Part shown: positions 46,739 to 59,116 of the stretch, one piece after another
Numbering within the stretch: the first letter of the stretch is position 1
Layout: the number at the start of each line of letters is the position of its first letter
NCBI GenBank assembly: GCA_016870995.1
Contig: VFZU01000014.1
Span: 4,815-68,814, forward strand
DNA: 64,000 bases
Source of the DNA: Acidobacteriota bacterium
Lineage (GTDB): Bacteria; Acidobacteriota; Terriglobia; Bryobacterales; Bryobacteraceae
Direction of reading: 5' to 3'
Made by a program: the position numbers and the translations under genes
The notes under the pieces: model-generated
Database searches by the model: none
The model's input: only the letters and a program-made list of their open reading frames with translations
Told to the model about the DNA's origin: nothing

Positions 46739-47112
46739 CTTGCACCGACCCGAATGTCATCTTCGATCTCATAGATCCGATCTTCAATCGCCTTGGTGGG
46801 CTTGCCGGCCGCTTTCGCCTCAGCCAGTTTCTTCTTCTGCGCCTCAAGCTTCTTCTCAAGCGGAGTCAGCTTTTTCTCCACCACAGGTGCTGGAGCAACT
46901 GCCACTGGTGCAGCCACCTTCTTGGCCATTGCCTTTTTCGGCTTCGCTGCAATCGTTACTTTTTCGCCGAAGTCTTCGAGCAGCTCTCGTTGAATCTGCT
47001 GCAGCTCCGCCGACACTTCATGAAATCGCGCAATCAGTTCTTTCTTCGCCTGGTTGCGCAGTTTCAGCCAATTCTGTTTTGCTTCACGGTATTGATCAAG
47101 GGTTGAGGACAT
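46735..47112 (-). CDS. Lys/Ala-rich coiled-coil hypothetical protein
   Basis: 125 aa; helical N-terminus, KPKKAMAKKVAAPVAVAPAP linker, KKLEAQKKKLAEAK C-terminus. Confidence 0.7.
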   Translation of the reverse strand: MSSTLDQYREAKQNWLKLRNQAKKELIARFHEVSAELQQIQRELLEDFGEKVTIAAKPKKAMAKKVAAPVAVAPAPVVEKKLTPLEKKLEAQKKKLAEAKAAGKPTKAIEDRIYEIEDDIRVGAS

Positions 47113-47138
47113 ATCAGGACAAACCGTCATTATAAGAC

Positions 47139-48920
47139 TCAAGCCGCGATTTGTTGGCTCGGCGATTCAACAATTTGTCGAAGACGCCCCAAGTTCTCCG
47201 GCGTCACTAGTACAAACTCCGGATCCAACTTTGAAAACCGCCTCACCTCAACAAGCATCGAGTCGCGAGGAATCTCCGAAGTCGCAATCAGAATCCTGTC
47301 ACGCTCCATCCGCACCGGCTGGATCCTCGCCTCCTCCATCAACCCTCGGGGCAAGCATCTCCCCACAGCCAGATCCACCTCGAGGGTGCCCACGGTCCGC
47401 ACCTCAAGCCCGCATAACATCGACAACGCCTCGTAGAGCCGCTCCCAACTCAAAGCCCCCTCGGCGACAAGAAACTCACCCAACCGTACCCCTTGCGGCT
47501 TGCGCGTCGCAGCCGCCTCCACGACATCCAACGGCACAAATCCATGGTCCGACAGCACCTCTCCGATCCGGCGCGTGCAAACGCCCAGGGCCTCCCGGTT
47601 CGGATACGCATGTTCCGTCTTCAGCCACACCATCGGCTCGTTGCGCCAGCGCGCTTTGGCAAATCTCGCGAGCGCAGAAAGAGTCGCCAGAGTGTTCACC
47701 AGGTTTGACCACGGAATCCGCAACGGCACGAACATTGCATAGAACACCCCGTACACCTTTCCTGAAAAATACATTCGCGAGACCATTCGGATCGACTGCA
47801 ATACCAACCCGACGGAAGTCACCATCAACAAATTGCCTTCGAGCACCGGAACCAATCCCAACAGCCCCAGGCAAAGCATCAGATTCGCAAGCAAGCTGAG
47901 CGGGTTGCCCACGATCCCCTTGCGGTCCCGCCAGAACCAGTAGTTCTCACGCCAATCGCGGCTCCAGCCGATCTTCTGCCAGGTCTGCAATGCGATGCCG
48001 GTAACCCAGCGCGTCCGTTGCCGCACCGAAGCATGAAACCGACGCGGAAAATACTCACGCGTCGCCACCGGCTGACCCTTCGCCCAGGCGACGGTCAGAT
48101 AGATTTGTCGCATCCCCAGTCGGTGCATGCGCAGCCCGTTCAAGTAATCCTCAGTCAGGCTATCCGGCTCGAACAACCGGTTCGACTCAGCCTCTGCAAG
48201 CTTCTCCAGCGCATCTCTGCGGTACCCCGTCCCCACACCGCAAGACGGCGCAAAACCGCCCATCCGGTTCCGTGTTGGCAAATCCTTCTGTTGCGTCTCA
48301 GCGAATTCATCGCAATAAATCCCGTGCGTTAATTCCCACCAAGGCGTCGGCAATGCGAGTACCGGGAACTGCACAAAGTCATAGTCGCGGCAATAGTGAT
48401 TCAGCCAGCGGAATTCGTCGGGGTGAATCAGATCCTCGCTGTCGTGGATCACCACAATGTCAAAGCGCTCCCCAATCCGCTCTTCCACCAAACACAGATT
48501 CTGGTAAATCCAGTTCAGGTTGTCCGCCTTCGATGTCGGCCCATCGTGAGGCGTCAACGACACGTGCAGATTCGGATATTGTGCCTCAATACTCCGCAAC
48601 ACATCGAGCGTCGCTTCATCGTTTGGATAGGTCCCCGCAAAGATGTGATAGCGACGATACCGGATTGAAGCAACATTATGCGCCACCATTTGCGCGATCA
48701 CCTCGTCCTCCCGCCAGGCGGGAATCCAAAGAGCGATCAGGGCCTCTTCAAGCCCCGCAGGATCGCCCGGCGGAGGAACGGGTGTGGTGGATGGGTTTAT
48801 TTCACTAGCGGTTCGTGGCTTTGCAATCCGGCCTGCCAGATAACAAAAGTCGAGCCAAAGATCGTCAATCCCGCTCACGATCATCCAGCACGCTAACAGT
48901 AGGTAGATCGCTTCAACCAA
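47139..48920 (-). CDS. nfrB: NfrB-like GT2 glycosyltransferase with C-terminal MshEN (GSPII_N) repeats
   Basis: IPAWRE, YPND, GPTSKADNLN, IHDSED, LTEDY, RQRTRW, WxKTEH; RIGEVL...G and RLGEFLVAEGAL motifs. Confidence 0.85.
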   Translation of the reverse strand: MVEAIYLLLACWMIVSGIDDLWLDFCYLAGRIAKPRTASEINPSTTPVPPPGDPAGLEEALIALWIPAWREDEVIAQMVAHNVASIRYRRYHIFAGTYPNDEATLDVLRSIEAQYPNLHVSLTPHDGPTSKADNLNWIYQNLCLVEERIGERFDIVVIHDSEDLIHPDEFRWLNHYCRDYDFVQFPVLALPTPWWELTHGIYCDEFAETQQKDLPTRNRMGGFAPSCGVGTGYRRDALEKLAEAESNRLFEPDSLTEDYLNGLRMHRLGMRQIYLTVAWAKGQPVATREYFPRRFHASVRQRTRWVTGIALQTWQKIGWSRDWRENYWFWRDRKGIVGNPLSLLANLMLCLGLLGLVPVLEGNLLMVTSVGLVLQSIRMVSRMYFSGKVYGVFYAMFVPLRIPWSNLVNTLATLSALARFAKARWRNEPMVWLKTEHAYPNREALGVCTRRIGEVLSDHGFVPLDVVEAAATRKPQGVRLGEFLVAEGALSWERLYEALSMLCGLEVRTVGTLEVDLAVGRCLPRGLMEEARIQPVRMERDRILIATSEIPRDSMLVEVRRFSKLDPEFVLVTPENLGRLRQIVESPSQQIAA

Positions 48921-48952
48921 TACAGGTTAGTGGCCGAAGCAGGAGAATCCTC

Positions 48953-49687
48953 TCAGGAATTCTTGCGCAACAACCGGCTCGCCGCCACATCCACAAACCA
49001 CTCGGTCGGATACGGAGGTTTCGCCGCAATCTGGCAAGGATGCGCCATGATGTCCGGCTTGCCTTCAAGCACATCCCAGAGAGCCTCAGCCTTGTCCGCC
49101 CCAGGCGCGAGGATCACCGTGTGCCGCGCCGCTTTCAACACACCAGGCAGCAAGGTTACGCGATGCGAATTGAACTTCGCGACATAAGTATTCGCCGCGA
49201 TCTCATAGTCGTCCTCGATCAACGGGTCATTCGGAAACAGGCTCGCGGTATGCGAATCCGCTCCCATCCCGCGGTGAATCAAATCGAACTTCGGCAGCTC
49301 GCCCTCTTTCAATTTGAAGTCCACTTGAATTTCAGAGATGTAATGCGCCGATGCCTCTTCCGGATAACGCTCCCCGGCGATCCGGTTCAAGTGCTGGATC
49401 GGGATGCCGGCAGGAAGGATCAGATGCTCCATCGCCATCTTGTAGTTGGAATCCGGATGATCTGGCGGAACCACACGCTCATCCACCCAATACAACCAGA
49501 CGTGCTCCCAGTCCAGCTTCAACTTTGCAATTTCCCCAAACATCATCTTCGGGCTGGAGCCGCCGGAGAGAGCGATTCTTGCCACACCTCGTTGCTCAAT
49601 GTTCTCGCGGACAATTTCCACAATTCGCTCGGCGCAAGCTTTTGCTGCAGCTCCGGCATCAGGAAGAATATTCAAATAGGACGACAT
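48953..49687 (-). CDS. pgl: 6-phosphogluconolactonase (DevB type)
   Basis: ALSGGSSP, WVDERVVP, SNY, GMGADSHTASLFP, RVTL. Confidence 0.93.
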   Translation of the reverse strand: MSSYLNILPDAGAAAKACAERIVEIVRENIEQRGVARIALSGGSSPKMMFGEIAKLKLDWEHVWLYWVDERVVPPDHPDSNYKMAMEHLILPAGIPIQHLNRIAGERYPEEASAHYISEIQVDFKLKEGELPKFDLIHRGMGADSHTASLFPNDPLIEDDYEIAANTYVAKFNSHRVTLLPGVLKAARHTVILAPGADKAEALWDVLEGKPDIMAHPCQIAAKPPYPTEWFVDVAASRLLRKNS

Positions 49688-49689
49688 GC

Positions 49690-50682
49690 TTAGATTTGTG
49701 ATGCAATTTCCAGTGCCCGGGCAAAGATCGGGTCTCGCCCAAGAATAGCCAATTCCTCGCGCACTAGGCGCGCTTCATCCAACTCTTCAAATACGGTTCG
49801 CGCAGAAAAGTGCTGGATGTGTGTTTCCACAATCCCCTTCTCGCTCCGGTCAATTTCAACGTCGGTCAGCGCAGTCTCAAAGCGAATCTTCTTGATCTGC
49901 CATTTCGCACCCGACTCAACATGGATGCAATCTACGGGGAATTTCGCACCGAGCACGCTCTTGAGCCACCCGCTCAAATAGTAGGCGGCCTGTGGTTCCG
50001 GGCAATGAGCATACTCAATCACTGCCCGGTTCAATTGATTGAAAAACTCCTTGCAATCCATCCGCTCAAACACATTCGCCACGGTTTCGCGCCATCGCGT
50101 CAGCCGCGTCCACGAAAGGTCGCCATAGAGATGCCCTGCCGCAAGTTGCTGATGCAGAAACCGCAGCCCTGCTTTCGGGTTCGGCAAGTTTCGCGAATCC
50201 ACGATGACCTTGTCGGCCATCCCGGCAAGGGTCGCGAAGGAAGGATGCTCAAAGAGTCGCCCGCAGCGGCACCAAAAAACCACAGGCAAATCGGGCGCGA
50301 TCAATCCTCTTAACAGAGAGGCTATATCCTCAAACGCCGCCCCACCCGCACTCAACTCAATTTGTTCACAACAAATCTGCTGGCGCCTCCCAAACGGCAT
50401 CCAGCACTGAGCAAACGCCCGTCCTTCGATCACAGCGCCGTCATCCTTGCGCAACTTCAAGACAATCGCCCGGCTTGGATGCTCGTGCATCAACTGTGCC
50501 AGCGCCTCACCGGCGGCCACCTCGTCTTCGCCTTCGTCGACACCCAGCAGGAAGGTCATCGTAACAGCGCGCAGCACACCAGCCGACCGGTCACTGCCTT
50601 CTGTCTCTTCCTTGCCAAGCTGCACCCAAAGTCCGCTCAAGTCTTTAAGCAGCTTTTCGGGTTTGACAACCGTGGCGCTCAT
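49690..50682 (-). CDS. opcA: Glucose-6-phosphate dehydrogenase assembly protein OpcA
   Basis: HPSRAI, CEQIEL, PDLPVVFW, DLSWTRLTRWR; lies between zwf and pgl. Confidence 0.88.
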   Translation of the reverse strand: MSATVVKPEKLLKDLSGLWVQLGKEETEGSDRSAGVLRAVTMTFLLGVDEGEDEVAAGEALAQLMHEHPSRAIVLKLRKDDGAVIEGRAFAQCWMPFGRRQQICCEQIELSAGGAAFEDIASLLRGLIAPDLPVVFWCRCGRLFEHPSFATLAGMADKVIVDSRNLPNPKAGLRFLHQQLAAGHLYGDLSWTRLTRWRETVANVFERMDCKEFFNQLNRAVIEYAHCPEPQAAYYLSGWLKSVLGAKFPVDCIHVESGAKWQIKKIRFETALTDVEIDRSEKGIVETHIQHFSARTVFEELDEARLVREELAILGRDPIFARALEIASQI

Positions 50683-52235
50683 GGAATTCTCCATTCGTGT
50701 CCGCGCCGCGCCAGCATGTCATCGCTCGCCTTAGGTCCCCAACTCCCGGCCGCATAGTTCGGAAAGTCAAACTTGGTGTTGTTCCAATGATTCAAGATCG
50801 GTTCAACCGCCCGCCAGCTTGCTTCCACCATGTCCTGCCGGGTGTAGAGCGTGCTGTCGCCAGCGAGGGCATCGAGCAGCAGAGTTTCGTAAGCGGAAGG
50901 AGTTCTCGTCCCGAAGCTTGAGCCATAGTTGAAGTCCATCGACACCGGCCGCAACTTCATCCCACCGCCCGCAGGATCCTTCGATTGGAACCGCAATGAA
51001 ATCCCCTCGTCCGGTTGAATCCTCAAGATCAATAGATTCGGTGCAGCCAGAGGTGAATCCTCTGCGCCTGGCATCGAAGAAAACAACGCCAGCGGGGCCT
51101 TGCGAAACCGGATCGCGATATCCGTCACGCGCTTCGGCATTCTCTTGCCTGTCCTCACATAAAAAGGAACACCAGCCCATCGCCAGTTATCCACAAAGAA
51201 GGTCACGGCCGCATACGTATCCGTCTGCGCCTCCGGGCTTACGCCCGGTTCCTGGCGGAACCCCAACAAATTCTCATTGCCAACTCGCGCCGGTCCGTAC
51301 TGGCCCTTCACCGCGTGTTGATCTACTTCTTCGGTCTTGAGGATCTTGATGGATCGCAATAACTTCGCTCGCTCATCACGCACCGCATCCGATCCGAAGT
51401 AAGGCGGCGCTTCCATCGTCACCGTCGCCATCACTTGCAAGAGATGGTTCTGGATCATATCCCGCAGCGCCCCAGCCTCCTGGTAATACGCGCCACGGCC
51501 CTCCACGCCGATGCTCTCCGCCGCCGTCACCTGCACATGGCTGATGTATTGCCGGTTCCACAAGGGCTCAAAAATCGTATTGCCAAAACGGAAGGCTAAA
51601 ACGTTCTGTACTGTTTCCTTGCCCAAGTAGTGATCGATACGGTAGACGTCGCTTTCAGGCAACACCTTACTGATCCGGGAATTCAATTCCTGAGCGCTAG
51701 CCTGGTCATGTCCAAACGGCTTCTCGATCACGACGCGACGCCAGCCGCCGCCTTCGTGATTGGCCAGCCCTGACGCACCAATATGCTCGACTACACTTGC
51801 ATAGAAACTCGGCTGCGTCGAGAGATAGAACAGAACATTCCCACCCGTGCCGCGCTCTTTTTCGATTTCCTCGAGTTGTTTCTTGAGTGCTAGGTAGAAT
51901 GCGGGGTCCGACAAATCCCCAGGCACATAGTAAATGCCTCGCGCGAAGTCTTCCCACAATTGTGCGTCGAATGGAGAGTTCTCAATAAACTTTTCCACGC
52001 TGACGCGCATCTTTTCACGAAACTGCTCATGCGTTAATGCCGTTCTCGAATTGCCCACGATCGAGAAGCCCGGTGGCAACTTGCGCTCATAAGCCAGCCG
52101 GTACAACGCCGGCAACAGCTTCCTCATCGTCAAGTCCCCATTAGCGCCAAAGATCAGCACACTACATGGCGGGATCCGTCTTTCAAACCGAATCGGATCT
52201 TGAAATGGATTGGCAGAATCAGGAGTCTGCTGCAT
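50679..52235 (-). CDS. zwf: Glucose-6-phosphate 1-dehydrogenase
   Basis: IFGANGDL, IEKPFG, RIDHYLGKE, RDMIQNH, WAGVPFYVRTGKR, QPDEG. Confidence 0.97.
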   Translation of the reverse strand: MQQTPDSANPFQDPIRFERRIPPCSVLIFGANGDLTMRKLLPALYRLAYERKLPPGFSIVGNSRTALTHEQFREKMRVSVEKFIENSPFDAQLWEDFARGIYYVPGDLSDPAFYLALKKQLEEIEKERGTGGNVLFYLSTQPSFYASVVEHIGASGLANHEGGGWRRVVIEKPFGHDQASAQELNSRISKVLPESDVYRIDHYLGKETVQNVLAFRFGNTIFEPLWNRQYISHVQVTAAESIGVEGRGAYYQEAGALRDMIQNHLLQVMATVTMEAPPYFGSDAVRDERAKLLRSIKILKTEEVDQHAVKGQYGPARVGNENLLGFRQEPGVSPEAQTDTYAAVTFFVDNWRWAGVPFYVRTGKRMPKRVTDIAIRFRKAPLALFSSMPGAEDSPLAAPNLLILRIQPDEGISLRFQSKDPAGGGMKLRPVSMDFNYGSSFGTRTPSAYETLLLDALAGDSTLYTRQDMVEASWRAVEPILNHWNNTKFDFPNYAAGSWGPKASDDMLARRGHEWRIP

Positions 52236-52299
52236 GAAGAATAGAGCATAGCAAGAGAACCACTGCACCAACCACGCGATACACTAAAAGCGTTCACCT

Positions 52300-54976
<2,677 letters not shown>

Positions 54977-54981
<5 letters not shown>

Positions 54982-55006
54982 TCAAGTTGCGCCTATAGTA
55001 AAGTTG
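54977..55006 (+). repeat. 13-bp direct repeat TATAGT(C/A)AAGTTG x2, 4-nt spacer
   Basis: TATAGTCAAGTTG 54977-54989 and TATAGTAAAGTTG 54994-55006, between acnA and the DUF1592 gene. Confidence 0.8.
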
Positions 55007-55010
55007 GACT

Positions 55011-57296
55011 GTGCGTGCGGATTTACTGTCTTTTGCACTAAGCTCTCTCGTCGCGGCAGCTCAGGATTTCGGCCGCGACATCAAACCCGTTCTCTCTCAG
55101 AACTGCGCCGGTTGCCACAACCCTTCGAACCCGCGCAATCGCCTCAACTTCCTCGCAGCCAACACAGCCGCTGATCTCAATACCAGCCGTCTACTTTGGC
55201 GCGATGTAGCAACGCAATTGCGCAATCGCACCATGCCCCCCATGGCTTCGAAACTCACCGAGGCCAACCGCTTGCGCATCTCCACCTGGATCGACAATCA
55301 GCTCAAGCAAACCGCTTGCCTCGCAGGCGAGAGCTCTGCCGCCGTTCCGCCCCGCCGCCTCAACCGCCGCGAGTATCACAACACCATCCGCGACCTGCTC
55401 GGCGTCGACATTGTCGCTGCCGATCTCTTCCCTGCCGACGAGTCTGGCGGCAATGGTTTCGACACCAACGGCGACACGCTCTACCTCCCGCCCATGCTGC
55501 TCGAGCGCTATCTCGAAGCCGCCAACAAGATCCTCGACCGCGTCATCATTACCCCCCCGATGAGCCGTCTCTTCCCTTCCTCGGAATTGCTGCCGGCCAA
55601 GCCCTCCACCAAGCCGGCAAGAAAGCTTGCCCCTGGCGAATCCCTCAAAGCAGAAACAATCATCTTTGTCGAAGGTACATATAACCTCCGCGTCTCCGCT
55701 GAGCGCCCCAAGCTCACGCCCTTCTCGATCGACGTCATCGTCGACGGTGGCCTACCCAACAACATCCCCTACAACAACATTGATCGAAACGGAGGCGCGA
55801 CCGCTCGCTCCGTGACACTCCAGCTCACACGCGGCGTGCACTCGATCCAACTCGTCAACAAGAACGAACCCATCGACCTTTACAGCCTCACCGTCGAACA
55901 AAAAACCGACGCCATTCCACAGGACAAACGCGCACTCCACTATCGTCTCTTCGGCATGGAACCCGGTGAATCCCCCGCAAACCCCAACTCCACGGCCCGC
56001 CGTCTTCTCGATCGTTTCCTCACAAAGGCCTATCGACGCCCCACAACCCCAACGGAAACCGAACCCTTCTACAAGATCTACGAACGCGCAGCCGAACGGG
56101 GAGACCCCTACGAAGAAGCTCTCAAGATGGCGCTCAAGGCGATCCTCGTCTCGCCTCGCTTCCTGTTCCGCGTTGAAGACAACCCAACTCCCGCTAAGGT
56201 CACTCCCGTTTCTCACTACGACATGGCCTCACGCCTTTCTTATTTCCTTTGGTCCACCAGTCCAGACGAAGAACTCCTCTCTCTGGCCGCACAAAACAAG
56301 CTCCAGGATCCAGTGATCCTCCGTGGACAAGTGCAGCGCATGATCGAAGACCCTCGATCCCGCGCCTTTGCCAATAGCTTCGTAGGCCAATGGCTCGGCA
56401 CTCAGGAAGTCGGTGGACGCGTCGTACCCCTGCTCACCGAGCTCCAGCACTACTACACACCCGAGGTCGCCTCTGAGCTCCGCGAAGAACCCGTTCTGCT
56501 GTTCCATCACATCGTCTCTACAGGCCGCAGCCTTCTCGAACTCCTCAACTCGAACTACACCTTTCTCACCGCGCGCCTCGCCAAGTTCTACCAGGTCGAC
56601 GACAAGGTCCAGCTCACCGATCGCTTTACCCGCGTCGAGTGGCCCGATCAACGCCGCGCCGGCGTCCTTGGTATGGCAAGCGTCCTCGCCATGACCAGCC
56701 ACTACAAAATGGCCAGCCCTGTCTTACGAGGAGCCTGGGTGCTCGACACGATCCTCGGCACCCCAGTCCCGCCCCCACCTCCCGACGTCCCGCCGCTAGA
56801 GAAAGCCGCCAAATCCGAAAAGGGCTTATCGATGCGCGAGATCCTCTCGAAGCATCGGGAGAATCCCGCCTGCTCCAGTTGTCACAACCTCATGGACCCG
56901 ATCGGCTTCGCCATGGAACCCTTCGATTGGATGGGCCGCTTCCGCGATGCCGATCTGAACGGCAAGCCCATCGACGCCAAAGGCACTCTCCCCTCGGGCG
57001 AATCCTTCGACGGCCCCATCGAACTCCGCAATGTCCTGCTCAACAAGCGCGAAGACTTCCTCCGCCACATGAGCGGCAAACTTCTCGGCTACGCCCTTAG
57101 CCGCGCCACTGGCGACGAAGACCAATGCACGATTCAACGCCTCGTCGACAAGCTCGAGCAAAGCAACTTCAACGCTAAACTCCTCATCGAAGAAATCGTC
57201 CTCAGCAGCCCATTCCGCAACCAGCATCCGGGACAGATCAGCTCAAGTCGTTCCGGCAACAAACCCGTCCGTACTCGCCTTCTGGGGGATAAATGA
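55011..57296 (+). CDS. DUF1592/1588/1587/1585/1595 protein with planctomycete cytochrome c domain
   Basis: CAGCH, RRLNRREY, AYRRP, LVSPRFLF, ASRLSYFLW, SPVLRGAWV, HRENPACSSCH, DPIGFA. Confidence 0.9.
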   Translation: MRADLLSFALSSLVAAAQDFGRDIKPVLSQNCAGCHNPSNPRNRLNFLAANTAADLNTSRLLWRDVATQLRNRTMPPMASKLTEANRLRISTWIDNQLKQTACLAGESSAAVPPRRLNRREYHNTIRDLLGVDIVAADLFPADESGGNGFDTNGDTLYLPPMLLERYLEAANKILDRVIITPPMSRLFPSSELLPAKPSTKPARKLAPGESLKAETIIFVEGTYNLRVSAERPKLTPFSIDVIVDGGLPNNIPYNNIDRNGGATARSVTLQLTRGVHSIQLVNKNEPIDLYSLTVEQKTDAIPQDKRALHYRLFGMEPGESPANPNSTARRLLDRFLTKAYRRPTTPTETEPFYKIYERAAERGDPYEEALKMALKAILVSPRFLFRVEDNPTPAKVTPVSHYDMASRLSYFLWSTSPDEELLSLAAQNKLQDPVILRGQVQRMIEDPRSRAFANSFVGQWLGTQEVGGRVVPLLTELQHYYTPEVASELREEPVLLFHHIVSTGRSLLELLNSNYTFLTARLAKFYQVDDKVQLTDRFTRVEWPDQRRAGVLGMASVLAMTSHYKMASPVLRGAWVLDTILGTPVPPPPPDVPPLEKAAKSEKGLSMREILSKHRENPACSSCHNLMDPIGFAMEPFDWMGRFRDADLNGKPIDAKGTLPSGESFDGPIELRNVLLNKREDFLRHMSGKLLGYALSRATGDEDQCTIQRLVDKLEQSNFNAKLLIEEIVLSSPFRNQHPGQISSSRSGNKPVRTRLLGDK

Positions 57297-58156
57297 CCCG
57301 CACCAGTCTCATTCTGTTTACCGTCTCAACCGCCCTGCTGGCTCAAAACGAAATGGAGCTCCGCCGTCACTTTGAAGGAATGTCGGTGGTTGTCCGTGTC
57401 GACATGCCAGGCTCAAGCGAAGGCGTCTCGATCCATCCTTCCGCCGAGATCCCCCTCGACTTTCGCAAACTCGCGAGCGACCTCAAGCGCTTCACCACCG
57501 CCGTTCACGATGGCGACAGAATCCTCGTCACCAAAGTCTTCGTCAAGAAGAATCACATCGAGTTTCACTTGGGTGGAGGTGGTTACGGCACCTTCGGCGA
57601 CATCATGTCGACGCCTTCAGCCCCTTCTTCCAGCTACACATCAAAAAGCCGCTACGAACGCGATCTCGAAGATCGCCTGAAGTCCGCTACAGGCTCCGAG
57701 CGGGACCGCCTCCGATCCGAACTCGATCGAGAGCGCCGCAGCCGAAGCCGTGAAGACGCTGCCAATGCGAGCCAGGTCGCCATAGCTCGCCAACAGCACG
57801 AGGCCCTTGTGATGGAAAAGCGCCAGCGTGGAGGCAGTCGCTTTAACATCCACTACCGCGAAGGCATCCCTGCCGAGGCGCTGACCATCGACGGCATTAA
57901 GTCGGCACTCGCGAAGTACATCGAGTTCCCCGACGCTCCGTCAAGCAAAGGCGGCTACATCGACGAACAACCCACCTTGCGTAAAGGAATGACCATCGCC
58001 GAGGTCGAGCAGCTCCTCGGCCCCGCGCAGGACATCACGCGCCAATCACGAGACGGCATCGAAATCGTCATGCGCAAATACACACCTCAAAATCGCCCTG
58101 CCTTTTCCGCACGGTTCGTCAACGGGGTTCTCATCGACTTCAACATCGAAAAATGA
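57293..58156 (+). CDS. Secreted hypothetical protein with a C-terminal SmpA/BamE-like motif
   Basis: Signal peptide; charged coiled-coil centre; LRKGMTIAEVEQLLGP. Confidence 0.65.
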   Translation: MTRTSLILFTVSTALLAQNEMELRRHFEGMSVVVRVDMPGSSEGVSIHPSAEIPLDFRKLASDLKRFTTAVHDGDRILVTKVFVKKNHIEFHLGGGGYGTFGDIMSTPSAPSSSYTSKSRYERDLEDRLKSATGSERDRLRSELDRERRSRSREDAANASQVAIARQQHEALVMEKRQRGGSRFNIHYREGIPAEALTIDGIKSALAKYIEFPDAPSSKGGYIDEQPTLRKGMTIAEVEQLLGPAQDITRQSRDGIEIVMRKYTPQNRPAFSARFVNGVLIDFNIEK

Positions 58157-59102
58157 TTCGGCTGCTACTTTACACGCTCGGTGCAGGCTTGGCTCTAGCT
58201 GCCACGCCCACGAGTCATACATGACGGTAAATGGCGCCAAGCTGGAATATCTCGACTGGGGTGGCAAAGGTCCCACGATGATCTTTCTAGCCGGCTTCGG
58301 CGATACACCGTACATCTACAACGACCTCGCACCCGAGTTCACATCCAGATTTCATTGTTTAGGGCTAACTCGTCGTGGCCATGGCAATTCTGAACGAACG
58401 GCGACTGGCTACACCCTCGACGAGTTGACCAGCGATATTTCAGAATTCATCAAGACGCCGGATCTTCGCGAGGTGACACTAGTGGGCCATTCCTATGCCG
58501 GCTTAGAGATCATGCGGCTTGCCGAGCTTTATCCACAGAGGATTCGGCGCGCTGTTTTGCTGGATAGTGCTTGGGCGTTTCAAAATGAAAGCATCAGTGC
58601 GCTGTTGAATCGCACTGTCGGCAAATTGGGCCAAAAACACCTGGCTGGCTCGAGTCCAATGCAGTCGATCGACAACTACCGTAACTTCCAAAGGTTCGTA
58701 CACCGCAGCTGGTCAGAGGCTGCGGAAGCAAACCTGAGGCAACAAGTAGATCTGGGCGCTGACAGCAAGGTCAAGATGCGATTGCCTCAAGCAGTCGGAA
58801 GCCAGATTCTTTCTCAGCAGAAGGAATGGTGGAAAATGACCCGCATTGCGATCCCCTCCCTATTCGTTTTTGCAGAACAGAGATTAACGGATATTGCTGC
58901 CGGGATGGAGATCGACGACCTGCTGCGAAAAGAGCTGGTCGGGGCTGACGCGCAAGCTCTCGCAGCCCGCCAAACCCAGATTGACTCGATCCGTCGCGAT
59001 TCACCCCAGGCTCAGATCGTGCAACTGGAACATACAGCCCATCGCTGCTTCATCTTCGCCAAGGATCGAGTCGTCAAAGAGATGCGTCAATTTCTGCAAT
59101 AG
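58153..59102 (+). pseudogene. Alpha/beta hydrolase whose signal peptide (58153-58224) is out of frame with the catalytic ORF (58221-59102)
   Basis: ATG 58153 overlaps the upstream stop (ATGA) and gives MIRLLLYTLGAGLALAATPTSHT*. One missing base at ...agt cat ac atg... would fuse it to MTVNGAKLEYLDWGG...GHSYAG. Confidence 0.6.
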
Positions 59103-59116
59103 AAACCGGTCACCAC

